A stretch of DNA of 64,000 nt from Terriglobia bacterium (GTDB taxonomy: Bacteria > Acidobacteriota > Polarisedimenticolia > Polarisedimenticolales > JAIQFR01), in contig CAVVHE010000008.1 in NCBI GenBank assembly GCA_963748015.1, positions 801,285-865,284 of the forward strand, given 5' to 3'. The notes under the pieces were generated by a model. It saw only the letters and a program-made list of their open reading frames with translations. It was not told where the DNA came from and made no database searches. Below, piece by piece: positions 23,628-32,487 of the stretch; the first letter of the stretch is position 1, and each line of letters starts with the position of its first letter. The translations under genes and the position numbers were made by a program.

Positions 23628-26606
23628 ATGAGGAGCTTGGGAACGAAGGGGATCAAGTTGGCGACGGCGCTCGCGGTCGCGGCAACGCTACTCGGGTCCG
23701 CGCGGGCCGACGACGGGAAGCTCACGGTAAAGATCCGCTCGGCGGTCGCCAACCAGAAAGGGGCCGACGACTTCTTCGGGCCCCAGCAGGACTTCTACGC
23801 GATCAACAGCATCGATGGCGCCCCGCCGCTGTTCGCCCCCGAGATCGGGGACCGGGACGACGCCAGCTGGAACCCCGTGCCGCCCAACTTCAAGATCGTC
23901 CCGGGGAAGAACCAGCGGTTCTTCGACCTCTACTTCGAGCTTTGGGACAAGGACACCTGCTGCTTCGGCAACGTGGACGACGGCTTCGACATCAGCCCGC
24001 AGAACGGCCCGGGAGGACCGCTTGCTCCGGGGGGTGTCTACGTGCCGAACATCCCCACCGGCTCGAACCCGCACGTCCAGTACGACGTTTGCACCGGCGA
24101 GATGCAGGTGAAGGGAGTGAACGGCTCGCCGTGGCTGCCGGTCGGCTCGAACTCCGTCGAGCTGAAAGGGTACGGCACGACACCGGGCGTCCCGGCCAAC
24201 TGGGCCGCGCTTCGCTTCGACGTCGTGCGCGAGCCGTCCAACTGGCTCCCCGACGACGTCGCCGTCGAGAGCGTCGAGATCGTCCAGTCGGTCTACCACG
24301 CGTCGAAGGCGGTGGCCGACAAGCCCACCTCGCTGATCGTGAGGATCTCGAGCACCTACCCGTTCGACATCGTGGCCCCCGTGGAAGGGCACATGACCGA
24401 CGGGATCACGACGGTGAACGACGCGCGCGTGGTCGCCATCCAGGGCGGGACCCCGGCGCAGCCCGGGGAGACGCTGGTCGCCCTGTTCGACGGCTCCACC
24501 GCGCCGCCGTTCCTGCCGCTGAAGTCCTTCCTCACCGGGAGCGGCAAGGTCAGCGGCTGGGCGGAGGTCGTCTACGCCGAGACGGTTTCCCCGAACGCGC
24601 CGCTCCAGCTCCAGGACTGCGCCAACCTCGACAACACGGGGAACGCCACCGACCTGCCGCTCATGCACACGAGCGACCTCGTCACGCTGTACGAGCGCTT
24701 CGACTACCAGGAGGACGACAACCTCATCACCCCCGCGGCTCTGCAGGCGTTCTACAACCGCGAGGAGAGCTTCCGCCTGGCCTCCTGGCCGCTCGCCACC
24801 CTCGACAGCCAGCCCGGCTTCGCGGGGTACATACGCGATCACGGATCGAATCTCCTCTGTCCGTTCGAGCCGGTCTGCACTCTGCTCCACTACAACGGCG
24901 TGGCCTCCACGATGAACGTCGACCGACTCGTGCTCACCGTGCGCAAGAACTGGTTCGCGGACAACGCGTTCCGCCACCAGTTCGTCCCGAACGGACTGAT
25001 CGGACTCTCTCTCGGCACGTTCGCGCCACGGGCGGTGCTCGCGGAGAACGAGTATTTCGGCGACGCGGTGCACGAGCTGGGGCACACCTACGCCCTCAGC
25101 CAGCACTCGTGCAGCAACTCCAGCCCGCCGTTCGGCCCGGGCTGCCTCGACGAGTACAGCCACCCCGCGGCGGACGGAGCGCCCTACACGGCGGAGGGGT
25201 TCGACGTCGCGGGAACCGTCTACCCCACGGGGATTCACCTTCCGACCTACCGGAGCCTGCCCCTCGCCTGCCCCGCGACACCGCCGGTCTCGCGCGACGT
25301 CTGCGCGGCCAACCTCATGGACGCGAACTCCGGTTCGGGGTACCGGCAGTGGCTCGACACGTACACGTTTCAGTACCTGATGGAGAACCCCATTCCCCAC
25401 TCCGACCCGCCGGTGGTCAACGTGACCGGCTACGTCCTGCTCCCGAACGGGCAGGGGGACGGCACGGTCCCGCCGGTCGTCACCGGGGCGCTCCCGTTCT
25501 TCCCGTTCCAGTTCATGGGGATCGAGGACTTCCCCGCGCAGCCCCCGTCGCCGAACGGAGAGACGTTCGCCGGCCTCGGGCCGTTCCGCGTCCGCCTCGT
25601 GACACCCGCGGGGGTGAGCGACTACCGGTTCGAGCCGCGCATGTTCGACGATCCGGCCAGCCCCGGCCTGCTCGGCGGCTTCTCGATCAACGTGCCGTGG
25701 GACCCGGCGACGACCGCGATCCAGCTCATCGGGCCGAGCAACCCGCTCGACGTGACGTGCTGGAACTCCTATTGCGCGGGGGACGGCGTCGTGCTCGCTG
25801 AGAGAACGGTGAGCCTGTCACCGCCGTCGGCCGGCGACCTGCGCGCCGGGCGCGACGCCGCGGCGCCGCCCACGCCCCCCGGGGGCGTTCCCGCGACGCC
25901 GACGATCGGCCCCGGCCACTCCGCGGTCGTGAGCTGGAACGCGTCGGACGCCGATTCGCCGGAGCTGCACTCGACGCTGATCCTGGTGAAGCAGGGGAGC
26001 CCGGCGGGGAGCGCCTCGACGCCGGTCCCCGTGGCGTTCGACATCACCGGTGGCACGCTCCAGATCCCGCAGGCGCAGCTCGCCGACGACCCCGGGGTCT
26101 ACACCGGGAGGATCCTGGTCTCGGACGGCGCGAACACCGCGGAGATGACGAACGGCGCCCTGTTCAACATTTGCAACTACAGCAACGGCGGGATCGACCT
26201 CTGCGGTAACGGGATCGACGACGACTGCGACGGCATCCCGGACAACCCGCTCCCGCCAGGCCCTGCCAGCGTCGAATTGAATCCGCAGCCCTTCCCCCCC
26301 GGTCCCACCGGTTTCACGTGGCCTGCCGACCCGAACGCGCAGTCCTACGACGTCGCCTACGGCGACCTCGGGCTGGTGCGGAGCAGCGGCGGCAACTTCT
26401 CCGGCGCGACGCAGGGGTGTCTCGCCGACGACTCGACCGGCACGTCCGTCGCGGTATCGCCGGTGCCGTCGCCCGGGCAGGTCCTCTTCTTCGCGGCCCG
26501 CGGCAACAATTGCGCCGGCCCTGGAACCTACGACTCGGGCGACCCGCGGCAAGCGGGCTCGCGCGACGCGGGGATCAACGCCTCGACGGCGTCCTGCAGG
26601 CAGTAG
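23628..26606 (+). CDS. Secreted zinc metalloprotease-like protein (HExxH) with MopE-like Cys-rich motif and novel C-terminal domain
   Basis: Track ORF 23208..26606. The start is ATG 23628 (MRSLGTKGIKLATALAVAATLLGSARA, a signal peptide; GGAGGGG lies 4 nt upstream). HELGH is encoded at 25071-25085 (AVHELGHTYALSQHSC). Near the C-terminus are CGNGIDDDCDGIPDN and a Cys-containing terminal domain ...YDVAYGDLGLVRSSGGNFSGATQGC... Confidence 0.8.
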   Translation: MRSLGTKGIKLATALAVAATLLGSARADDGKLTVKIRSAVANQKGADDFFGPQQDFYAINSIDGAPPLFAPEIGDRDDASWNPVPPNFKIVPGKNQRFFDLYFELWDKDTCCFGNVDDGFDISPQNGPGGPLAPGGVYVPNIPTGSNPHVQYDVCTGEMQVKGVNGSPWLPVGSNSVELKGYGTTPGVPANWAALRFDVVREPSNWLPDDVAVESVEIVQSVYHASKAVADKPTSLIVRISSTYPFDIVAPVEGHMTDGITTVNDARVVAIQGGTPAQPGETLVALFDGSTAPPFLPLKSFLTGSGKVSGWAEVVYAETVSPNAPLQLQDCANLDNTGNATDLPLMHTSDLVTLYERFDYQEDDNLITPAALQAFYNREESFRLASWPLATLDSQPGFAGYIRDHGSNLLCPFEPVCTLLHYNGVASTMNVDRLVLTVRKNWFADNAFRHQFVPNGLIGLSLGTFAPRAVLAENEYFGDAVHELGHTYALSQHSCSNSSPPFGPGCLDEYSHPAADGAPYTAEGFDVAGTVYPTGIHLPTYRSLPLACPATPPVSRDVCAANLMDANSGSGYRQWLDTYTFQYLMENPIPHSDPPVVNVTGYVLLPNGQGDGTVPPVVTGALPFFPFQFMGIEDFPAQPPSPNGETFAGLGPFRVRLVTPAGVSDYRFEPRMFDDPASPGLLGGFSINVPWDPATTAIQLIGPSNPLDVTCWNSYCAGDGVVLAERTVSLSPPSAGDLRAGRDAAAPPTPPGGVPATPTIGPGHSAVVSWNASDADSPELHSTLILVKQGSPAGSASTPVPVAFDITGGTLQIPQAQLADDPGVYTGRILVSDGANTAEMTNGALFNICNYSNGGIDLCGNGIDDDCDGIPDNPLPPGPASVELNPQPFPPGPTGFTWPADPNAQSYDVAYGDLGLVRSSGGNFSGATQGCLADDSTGTSVAVSPVPSPGQVLFFAARGNNCAGPGTYDSGDPRQAGSRDAGINASTASCRQ

Positions 26607-26649
26607 GGCGGGGACAGGGACCGCAACCGTAGGGTGGCGACGACGGGGT

Positions 26650-26732
26650 GGGGACAGGTACGGGAAAGCGCTGCGATTCCGCGAGGGCTCGAGAGCGGGA
26701 CTGAAACGGCGCAGCTTCCGGTACCTGTCCCC
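26650..26732. terminator. Long imperfect hairpin after the zincin gene
   Basis: Perfect outer 12-bp arms GGGGACAGGTAC (26650-26661) and GTACCTGTCCCC (26721-26732), continued by imperfect pairing (GCGCTGCG / CGCAGC). It lies 44 nt after the stop at 26606. There is no T-tract, which is usual for high-GC genomes. Confidence 0.5.
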
Positions 26733-26760
26733 GAACGAGGTTGCTGTCCCTCGTTGCCTC

Positions 26761-26766
26761 TATAAT
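26761..26766 (+). promoter_or_regulatory. Consensus -10 box (TATAAT) placed for a leaderless cvpA transcript
   Basis: TATAAT at 26761-26766 is followed by 7 nt (GCCCCCC) and then ATG 26774. There is no room for an SD sequence. No convincing -35 at 17-nt spacing (TTGCTG lies at only 14-nt spacing). Confidence 0.4.
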
Positions 26767-26773
26767 GCCCCCC

Positions 26774-27397
26774 ATGAACGCACTCGACATCGCTCTGGTC
26801 GCGATCGCCGGCGTCCTGGTGCTGATCGGGCTGGTGAAGGGGTTCATCCGCCTCCTGGTCATGGCCGCGGCGCTGATCGTCGCGTTTCTCGTGGCGAGCC
26901 ACTTCCACGTGGGGCTCGCGCAGCGCATGACGATCCTGAAGCTCTCGAACGAGGTGCTGCACCTCATCGCGTTCGGGCTGATCTTTCTCGGGATCATGCT
27001 GATCGGCGGCCTCATCGGCTGGCTCCTGCGCAACCTGGCCAAGGCGGCGATGCTCGGCTGGGCGGACCGGCTGGCGGGGGCCGCGGCGGGGTTCGTCGCG
27101 GCGGCGCTGGCGGGAGCGCTCATCGTTCTCCCGCTCGCGGCCTACGTCCCGCGCGGCGCCGCGCTCCTCGAGACCTCGAAGCTCGCCCCGTACTGCGCCA
27201 CGGTCGCCGATCTCGTCAACGTGGCGACCCCCGCCGACCTCGCGGCGCGCTACAAGAAGGGCATCGAGAAGGTCCGCAAGCTCTGGCGGGGGGAGGCCGA
27301 CCCCGACCTCGCGACGCCGGCCAAGGGGGAGAAGGCTCCAGCGAAGGACGCGGCGAAGCCGGCCGCTCCCGCGCCCAAGCCCTCGGGGAAGCATTGA
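26774..27397 (+). CDS. cvpA: CvpA family membrane protein
   Basis: Track ORF 26741..27397. Start ATG 26774 (MNALDIALVAIAGVLVLIGLVKGFIRLL...). Four TM helices plus a Lys/Ala/Pro-rich tail. Confidence 0.85.
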   Translation: MNALDIALVAIAGVLVLIGLVKGFIRLLVMAAALIVAFLVASHFHVGLAQRMTILKLSNEVLHLIAFGLIFLGIMLIGGLIGWLLRNLAKAAMLGWADRLAGAAAGFVAAALAGALIVLPLAAYVPRGAALLETSKLAPYCATVADLVNVATPADLAARYKKGIEKVRKLWRGEADPDLATPAKGEKAPAKDAAKPAAPAPKPSGKH

Positions 27398-28941
27398 ATC
27401 CGGCATCCTCCGCGCCCCGGGTGCGGATCACCCGGAGGTTCGACGCCCCGTTCTCGACCATCCTGACGGCTGCGCGCACCTGCTACTCGTCGAAGGGGAT
27501 CGTCCGGGACGAGGACCTGAAGCCGGAAGGGGAGGCGCTCGCGCGGGAGCTCTACGCGGCCGGCCACCACACCACGATCGAGCACGCGTATTTCCAGTTC
27601 TCCCTCGAGAACGTGTCGCGGCAGTTCCTGTGGTCGTTCCTCCACGCGCACCCGTTCTACAACTCGGAGCAGGTCTCTCAGCGGTACGTCAAGGTCAAGC
27701 CCGACGCCTGCTTCGTCCCGCCGCTCCGCGGGGAGGCGCTCGACGTCTACCGCGAGGGGCTGGAAGAGCAGTTCGCGTTCTACCGGGAGCTGATGGAGCG
27801 GCTCCACCCGCTCGCGGCCGACGCCTACGACGCGCGCTTCCCGGCGAGGAAGAGCCGACGGGACCGGTACGGGAAGGAGATCGACAAGAAGGCGCAGGAG
27901 ATCGCCCGCTACGTCCTGCCGGTGGCGACCTTCGCGTACCTCTACCACACGGTGTCGGCCCTCACGATCCTCCGCTATTGGCGCATGTGCGGGCAGCCGG
28001 GGGTCGAGCACGAGCAGCGGCTCGTCGTCGGGATGATGGTCGAGGCGCTGCTCGAGGCCGACCCGCGGTACCGGACACTGGTCGAGGAGCCGATCCCGGC
28101 GGAGGAAACGCCCGAGGCGAAGTTCTTCGCCGAGAGGCCGACCCTTCGCGCCAGCGGCGTACGAAGGGAGTTCGTCGCCGAGTTCGACCGCTCGCTCGAA
28201 GGGCGCGTCTCGAAGCTGGTGGACTGGAAGGCGAGAGGGGAGGAGGAGCTGGCGACCGCCGTGCGCGAGGTGCTGGGCTTGCCGACTTCGGCCCTCTCGG
28301 ACGACGAGGCGATCGAGCTGGCGGTCGCGCCGTCGCGCAACACGGTCCTCGGCGAGTCGCTCAACGTCACGACGCTCGACCGCCTCACCCGCGCGATGCA
28401 CCATCCCGGCTACACCTTCCGCCGGAAGATCTCGCACACCGCGGACTCCCAGGACCAGCGCCACCGCACGACCCCGGCCAGCCGTCCGATCCTCGCCGCC
28501 CACGCGACCGGCGAGCCCGACTTCGTCACGCCGGAGCTGGTGCGGCAGGACCCCGCCGTCGAGGCGCGCTATCGCGAGATGATGGAGCGGACCTGGGAGC
28601 GCATCGGGCGGCTCGCGCGCCTCGGCGTGCCGGACGAGTTCGCGCTGTACCTCCTCCCCAACTCGGTCGCGGTCCGCTACACCGAGTCCACCGACTTCCT
28701 CGCCCTGCGCCACAAGCTGGTGATGCGTCTCTGCTACCTGGCGCAGGAGGAGATCTGGCGCGCCTCGGTGGACGAGGCCCAGCAGGTCCGCGAGATCCAC
28801 CCGCGCCTCGGCCGCCACCTCCTCCCGCCCTGCGGGGTGCGAAAGGAGGCCGGCACGACCCCCTGGTGCCCCGAGGGCGCCCGTTTCTGCGGCGAGCCGG
28901 TCTGGGACTACGATCTGGAGGCGTACCGGCGGGTGATCTGA
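27394..28941 (+). CDS. ThyX-family (flavin-dependent thymidylate synthase-like) protein, tandem-duplicated 515-aa form
   Basis: TTG 27394 overlaps the cvpA TGA (TTGA). The N-half has HHTTIEHAYFQFSLENVSRQFLWSFLHAHPFYNSEQVSQRYV (ThyX core, but RHR is replaced by HAH). The C-half has SQDQRHRTTPASRP, where RHR is kept and the Ser-x-Arg part is shortened. Confidence 0.7.
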   Translation: MNPASSAPRVRITRRFDAPFSTILTAARTCYSSKGIVRDEDLKPEGEALARELYAAGHHTTIEHAYFQFSLENVSRQFLWSFLHAHPFYNSEQVSQRYVKVKPDACFVPPLRGEALDVYREGLEEQFAFYRELMERLHPLAADAYDARFPARKSRRDRYGKEIDKKAQEIARYVLPVATFAYLYHTVSALTILRYWRMCGQPGVEHEQRLVVGMMVEALLEADPRYRTLVEEPIPAEETPEAKFFAERPTLRASGVRREFVAEFDRSLEGRVSKLVDWKARGEEELATAVREVLGLPTSALSDDEAIELAVAPSRNTVLGESLNVTTLDRLTRAMHHPGYTFRRKISHTADSQDQRHRTTPASRPILAAHATGEPDFVTPELVRQDPAVEARYREMMERTWERIGRLARLGVPDEFALYLLPNSVAVRYTESTDFLALRHKLVMRLCYLAQEEIWRASVDEAQQVREIHPRLGRHLLPPCGVRKEAGTTPWCPEGARFCGEPVWDYDLEAYRRVI

Positions 28942-28965
28942 CGCCGCTCCTCTCGTACAAAGACC

Positions 28966-28993
28966 TTGACGGAAACCGGACTTCTCCTATAAG
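28966..28993 (+). promoter_or_regulatory. Sigma-70-like promoter of the ABC transporter operon
   Basis: TTGACG (28966-28971), a 16-nt spacer, then TATAAG (28988-28993). This implies an ~88-nt 5' UTR before ATG 29089. Confidence 0.55.
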
Positions 28994-29088
28994 AGTAGTG
29001 GGGATTACGGGGAGCCGGGAACGAGCCTCGACTCGCAGTCCGCCGGCGGGATCGGTGTAACCTTCACCGGAACGAGGAGGGGGCGGCG

Positions 29089-30138
29089 ATGAAAAGTCCT
29101 GGGGCCTATTCGACCCGGCTGGTGCGTTTGGCCGCCCTCGCGGCGGGGCTGCTCCTCGCGTGGTCCTGCGCGGCGCCGCCGCCCGAGGGAAAGGTCACGA
29201 TCCGCGCCGGCCACTTCCCGAACATCACCCACGCGCAGGGCGTCCTCGGGCAGGCCACGGGCCGCTTCCAGAAGGCCCTCGGAGAGCGGGCCGACGTGGA
29301 GTGGCGGCTCTTCAACGCCGGGCCGTCCGCGATCGAGGCGATGTTCGCGGGAGAGCTCGACCTCACCTACATCGGTCCGAACCCCGCGATCAACGGCTAC
29401 GTGAAGTCGAACGGGACCGCGCTGCGGATCGTCTGCGGCGCGTGCTCGGGCGGGGCCGCGCTCGTCATCCGCTCGGACGTCCCGATCGCGCAGCCGGGGG
29501 ACTTCAACGGTCGGAGCCTCGCGACGCCTCAGCTCGGGAACACGCAGGACGTCGCGGCGCGCGCCTGGCTCCTCAAGAACGGGATGGACTGGCTCGAGCG
29601 CGGCGGCAAGGTGCGCGTCCAGCCGCTCGCGAATCCCGACCAGCTCACGCTGTTCCAGAAGAAGGAGATGGACGCGGCCTGGACGGTCGAGCCCTGGGTC
29701 TCGCGTCTCGTGCAGGAGGGGGGCGGGAAGATCTTCCTCGAGGAAGGCGAGCTCTGGCCGGAGCGCCGCTACGTGACGACGCACCTGATCGTCTCGAAGA
29801 AGTTCCTCGACGAGCACCCGGACCTGTTGAAGGCCTGGATCGAGGAGCACATCCGCATCACCGACTGGATCAACGCGAACCGCCCCGAGGCGATGAAGGC
29901 CCTCAACGCGGAGCTCAAGCGCGAGACCGGCAAGGCGCTCCCGGAATCCGTCCTCGCGCCGGCGTTCTCGCGCCTCGAGCTGACCGACGACCCCGTGAGC
30001 GGATCGCTCATGAAGTCCGCAGAGGACGCGTTCGCGCTCGGGTTCCTCGGCAAGGAGAAGCCGCACCTCTCCGGGATCTACGACCTCACGATCCTCAACG
30101 ACGTGCGCAAGGCGCTCGGCCGGCCGCCGGTCCGCTGA
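29089..30138 (+). CDS. ABC transporter substrate-binding protein (NitT/TauT, SsuA/NMT1-like)
   Basis: 349 aa with a signal peptide and lipobox-like LLLAWSCAAP. IRAGHFPNITHAQ..., GELDLTYIGPNPAINGY. Confidence 0.85.
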   Translation: MKSPGAYSTRLVRLAALAAGLLLAWSCAAPPPEGKVTIRAGHFPNITHAQGVLGQATGRFQKALGERADVEWRLFNAGPSAIEAMFAGELDLTYIGPNPAINGYVKSNGTALRIVCGACSGGAALVIRSDVPIAQPGDFNGRSLATPQLGNTQDVAARAWLLKNGMDWLERGGKVRVQPLANPDQLTLFQKKEMDAAWTVEPWVSRLVQEGGGKIFLEEGELWPERRYVTTHLIVSKKFLDEHPDLLKAWIEEHIRITDWINANRPEAMKALNAELKRETGKALPESVLAPAFSRLELTDDPVSGSLMKSAEDAFALGFLGKEKPHLSGIYDLTILNDVRKALGRPPVR

Positions 30139-30148
30139 GAACCGCCTC

Positions 30149-30964
30149 GTGGCCGATCCGTCCCCCGCCGCCGCCCCGAAACTCACCATCCGTGGGGTCG
30201 AGAAGACCTTCATCAGCCGGCTCGGCTCGGTGAGCGCCCTGGGCCCGATCGACACCGACATCCGCGAGGGGGAGTTCGTCTGCGTCGTCGGCCCGAGCGG
30301 GTGCGGAAAGACCACGCTCCTGAACATCGTCGCCGGCCTCGAGGACCCCGAGGCGGGGGAGGTGGTGTTCGAGGGGAAGCCGATCCGCGGGCCGGGCCCC
30401 GACCGGATCGTGCTGTTCCAGGACCTCGGCCTCTTTCCCTGGATGACCGTGCTCGGCAACGTCGAGTTCGGGCTGCGCCTCCGCGGCGCGGGACGCGTGG
30501 AGCGGAGGCGAACCGCGCTCCATTTTCTCCGGATGGTCCACCTGACCGGCTTCCAGGGGTCCTACCTCCACGAGCTGTCGGGCGGGATGAAGCAGCGGGT
30601 GGCGCTGGCCCGCGCCCTCGCGATGGACCCGGTCATGCTCCTGATGGACGAGCCGTTCGCGGCGCTCGACGCGCAGACGCGAGACATGCTCCACCAGGAG
30701 CTGCAGGAGATCTGGAGCCGGACGCGGAAGACGATCCTGTTCGTGACGCACAACGTGCGCGAGGCGGCCTGCCTCGCCGACCGGATCATCACCCTGACGC
30801 GGCGTCCCGGGCGGATCAAGCGGGAGTTCCTGGTGGACATCCCGAGGCCGCGGCAGATCGAGGACCCCGAGGTGGGCGCGCTCGCCGCGAAGCTTCGCGA
30901 GGATCTCCGGGACGAGATCGAGGCCGTGCTCGAGGAGGAGCGGCGCCGTGCCAAGGAACGCTAG
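30149..30964 (+). CDS. ABC transporter ATP-binding protein (NitT/TauT family)
   Basis: Walker A GPSGCGKTT, signature LSGGMKQRVALARAL, Walker B LLMDEPFAALD. Confidence 0.93.
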   Translation: MADPSPAAAPKLTIRGVEKTFISRLGSVSALGPIDTDIREGEFVCVVGPSGCGKTTLLNIVAGLEDPEAGEVVFEGKPIRGPGPDRIVLFQDLGLFPWMTVLGNVEFGLRLRGAGRVERRRTALHFLRMVHLTGFQGSYLHELSGGMKQRVALARALAMDPVMLLMDEPFAALDAQTRDMLHQELQEIWSRTRKTILFVTHNVREAACLADRIITLTRRPGRIKREFLVDIPRPRQIEDPEVGALAAKLREDLRDEIEAVLEEERRRAKER

Positions 30965-31736
30965 AAGGATCGCGTTCTTCGTCGCGCTGCTCGCCGCGTG
31001 GCAGGCGGTTCACCTGTGGGGGCCGTGGCCGTCGTACCTCGTGCCGGGGCCGGTGCAGGTCGCGGAGGCGCTCTGGGGCGGTTTCAGCGACGGCACGTTC
31101 CTGATCGGGATCGTCGTGAGCATGAAGCGGCTCCTGATCGGCTACTCGATCTCCCTCGCCCTGGGGACGCTGATCGGCGTGCTGCTCGGTCGCGTGCCAT
31201 GGGTGGACGAGACGGCGGGCTCGCTGATGCTCGGGCTGCAGACCCTTCCGTCGATCTGCTGGCTGCCGCTCGCGATCATCTGGTTCGGCCTCAACGAGAA
31301 GGCGATCCAGTTCGTGGTGATCATGGGGGCGATCCTCGCCGTCGCGATCCACACGAGCGACGGCGTCAAGAACATCCCGCCGATCTACGTCCGCGCCGGC
31401 CGCAACCTCGGCGCGCGCGGCTGGCGACTGCTGGTTGGCGTGATTCTCCCCGCGGCGTTACCCTCGGTGCTCACCGGCGCGAAGCTCGGCTGGTCGTTCG
31501 CGTGGAGGTCCCTGATGGCGGCCGAACTGATCTTCATGAGCCTCGGGCTCGGCCAGCTGCTGCAGGTGGGCCGGGAGCTGAACGACATCGCCCAGGTGAT
31601 GGCCGTGATGCTCGTGATCATCGCGCTCGGCCTGATCGTGGACAATCTCGTGTTCGGCAGGCTCGAGCGCCGCATGCGCCGGGTCTGGGGATTGGCCGCG
31701 GCGCTTCCCGGACGCCCCCGCCCCCGAAGGGTGTGA
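30948..31736 (+). CDS. ABC transporter permease (NitT/TauT family)
   Basis: 262 aa with six TM helices. EAA-like loop RAGRNLGARGWRLLVGVILPAALPS. 17-nt overlap with the ATPase gene. Confidence 0.9.
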   Translation: MPRNARRIAFFVALLAAWQAVHLWGPWPSYLVPGPVQVAEALWGGFSDGTFLIGIVVSMKRLLIGYSISLALGTLIGVLLGRVPWVDETAGSLMLGLQTLPSICWLPLAIIWFGLNEKAIQFVVIMGAILAVAIHTSDGVKNIPPIYVRAGRNLGARGWRLLVGVILPAALPSVLTGAKLGWSFAWRSLMAAELIFMSLGLGQLLQVGRELNDIAQVMAVMLVIIALGLIVDNLVFGRLERRMRRVWGLAAALPGRPRPRRV

Positions 31737-31771
31737 GCGCCGGGACCGGGATGGAATTCGCAGGAGGACCC

Positions 31772-32422
31772 ATGAGACTCGCGAAGGCGTTGGCGCTGAT
31801 CGTCGCCCTGGCTTCCGTCGTTCCTCAATTCGCCCTTGCCGGCGACAAGAAGCACGAGATCGGCGTGCTCGTCGGGTCCCTCAGCCCCTCGGGCAGTCTC
31901 GCGACGGACCTGGTACTGGGCGGCGAGACGCTGCCGGGCACGATCGAGCTCGACTCCGCGACCGGCTACGGCGTGGCTTACCAGTACCGGCTCAACGAGA
32001 AGTTCAGCCTGGGGGCCACGCTGCTCTGGTCGAAGCACGACGTCCTCGTCTGGACGCTTCCCGAGAGCGGGTCGATCGGCTCGACCACGTTCACGCCGCT
32101 GCTCTTCGACGGGAACTTCCACCTGTTCAGGAAGCACAAGGCCGTGGACTTCTACGTCGGCCCGACCGTCGGCTACGCGATGTGGGGGGATCTCCAGCCT
32201 AAGGACATGGCAGTCGAGTTCGACATCCCGAATCCCCTGAAGCTGAAGAGCGATTTCGTCTACGGCGCCAACCTCGGCGTCGATTTCCCGTTCCATCAGG
32301 ACTGGGCTTTCAACCTGGGCCTGCGCTATCTCTGGGTCAAGGCCGAGCCGGACGCTGCCGGCTTCGAGAGCATCGACGTCGATCCCTTGATCGTGACCGT
32401 CGGCCTCTCTTACAAGTTCTGA
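31772..32422 (+). CDS. OmpW-like outer-membrane beta-barrel protein, paralog 1
   Basis: In the frame of track ORF 30998..32422. Start ATG 31772, preceded by AGGAGG. The signal peptide is MRLAKALALIVALASVVPQFALA. Alternating beta-strand pattern and C-terminal ...VGLSYKF. Confidence 0.8.
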   Translation: MRLAKALALIVALASVVPQFALAGDKKHEIGVLVGSLSPSGSLATDLVLGGETLPGTIELDSATGYGVAYQYRLNEKFSLGATLLWSKHDVLVWTLPESGSIGSTTFTPLLFDGNFHLFRKHKAVDFYVGPTVGYAMWGDLQPKDMAVEFDIPNPLKLKSDFVYGANLGVDFPFHQDWAFNLGLRYLWVKAEPDAAGFESIDVDPLIVTVGLSYKF

Positions 32423-32487
32423 CCGGGTCCCGACGGCGAGCGGACATGCCGAAATCGGCGACGCAAAGCTACGAGGAGGAGAAGAAG

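Noticed and set aside
28994-29088. Possible guanidine-I (ykkC) or TPP riboswitch in the leader of the NitT/TauT ABC operon
   Set aside because: These classes do regulate such transporters. However, I could not find their invariant cores (GGUCCGAGAG / ACGGCGGGA...CCCGGGAG for ykkC; CUGAGA...ACCUGAUCUGGAUAAUGCCAGCG for TPP). Only short generic GC stems are present.
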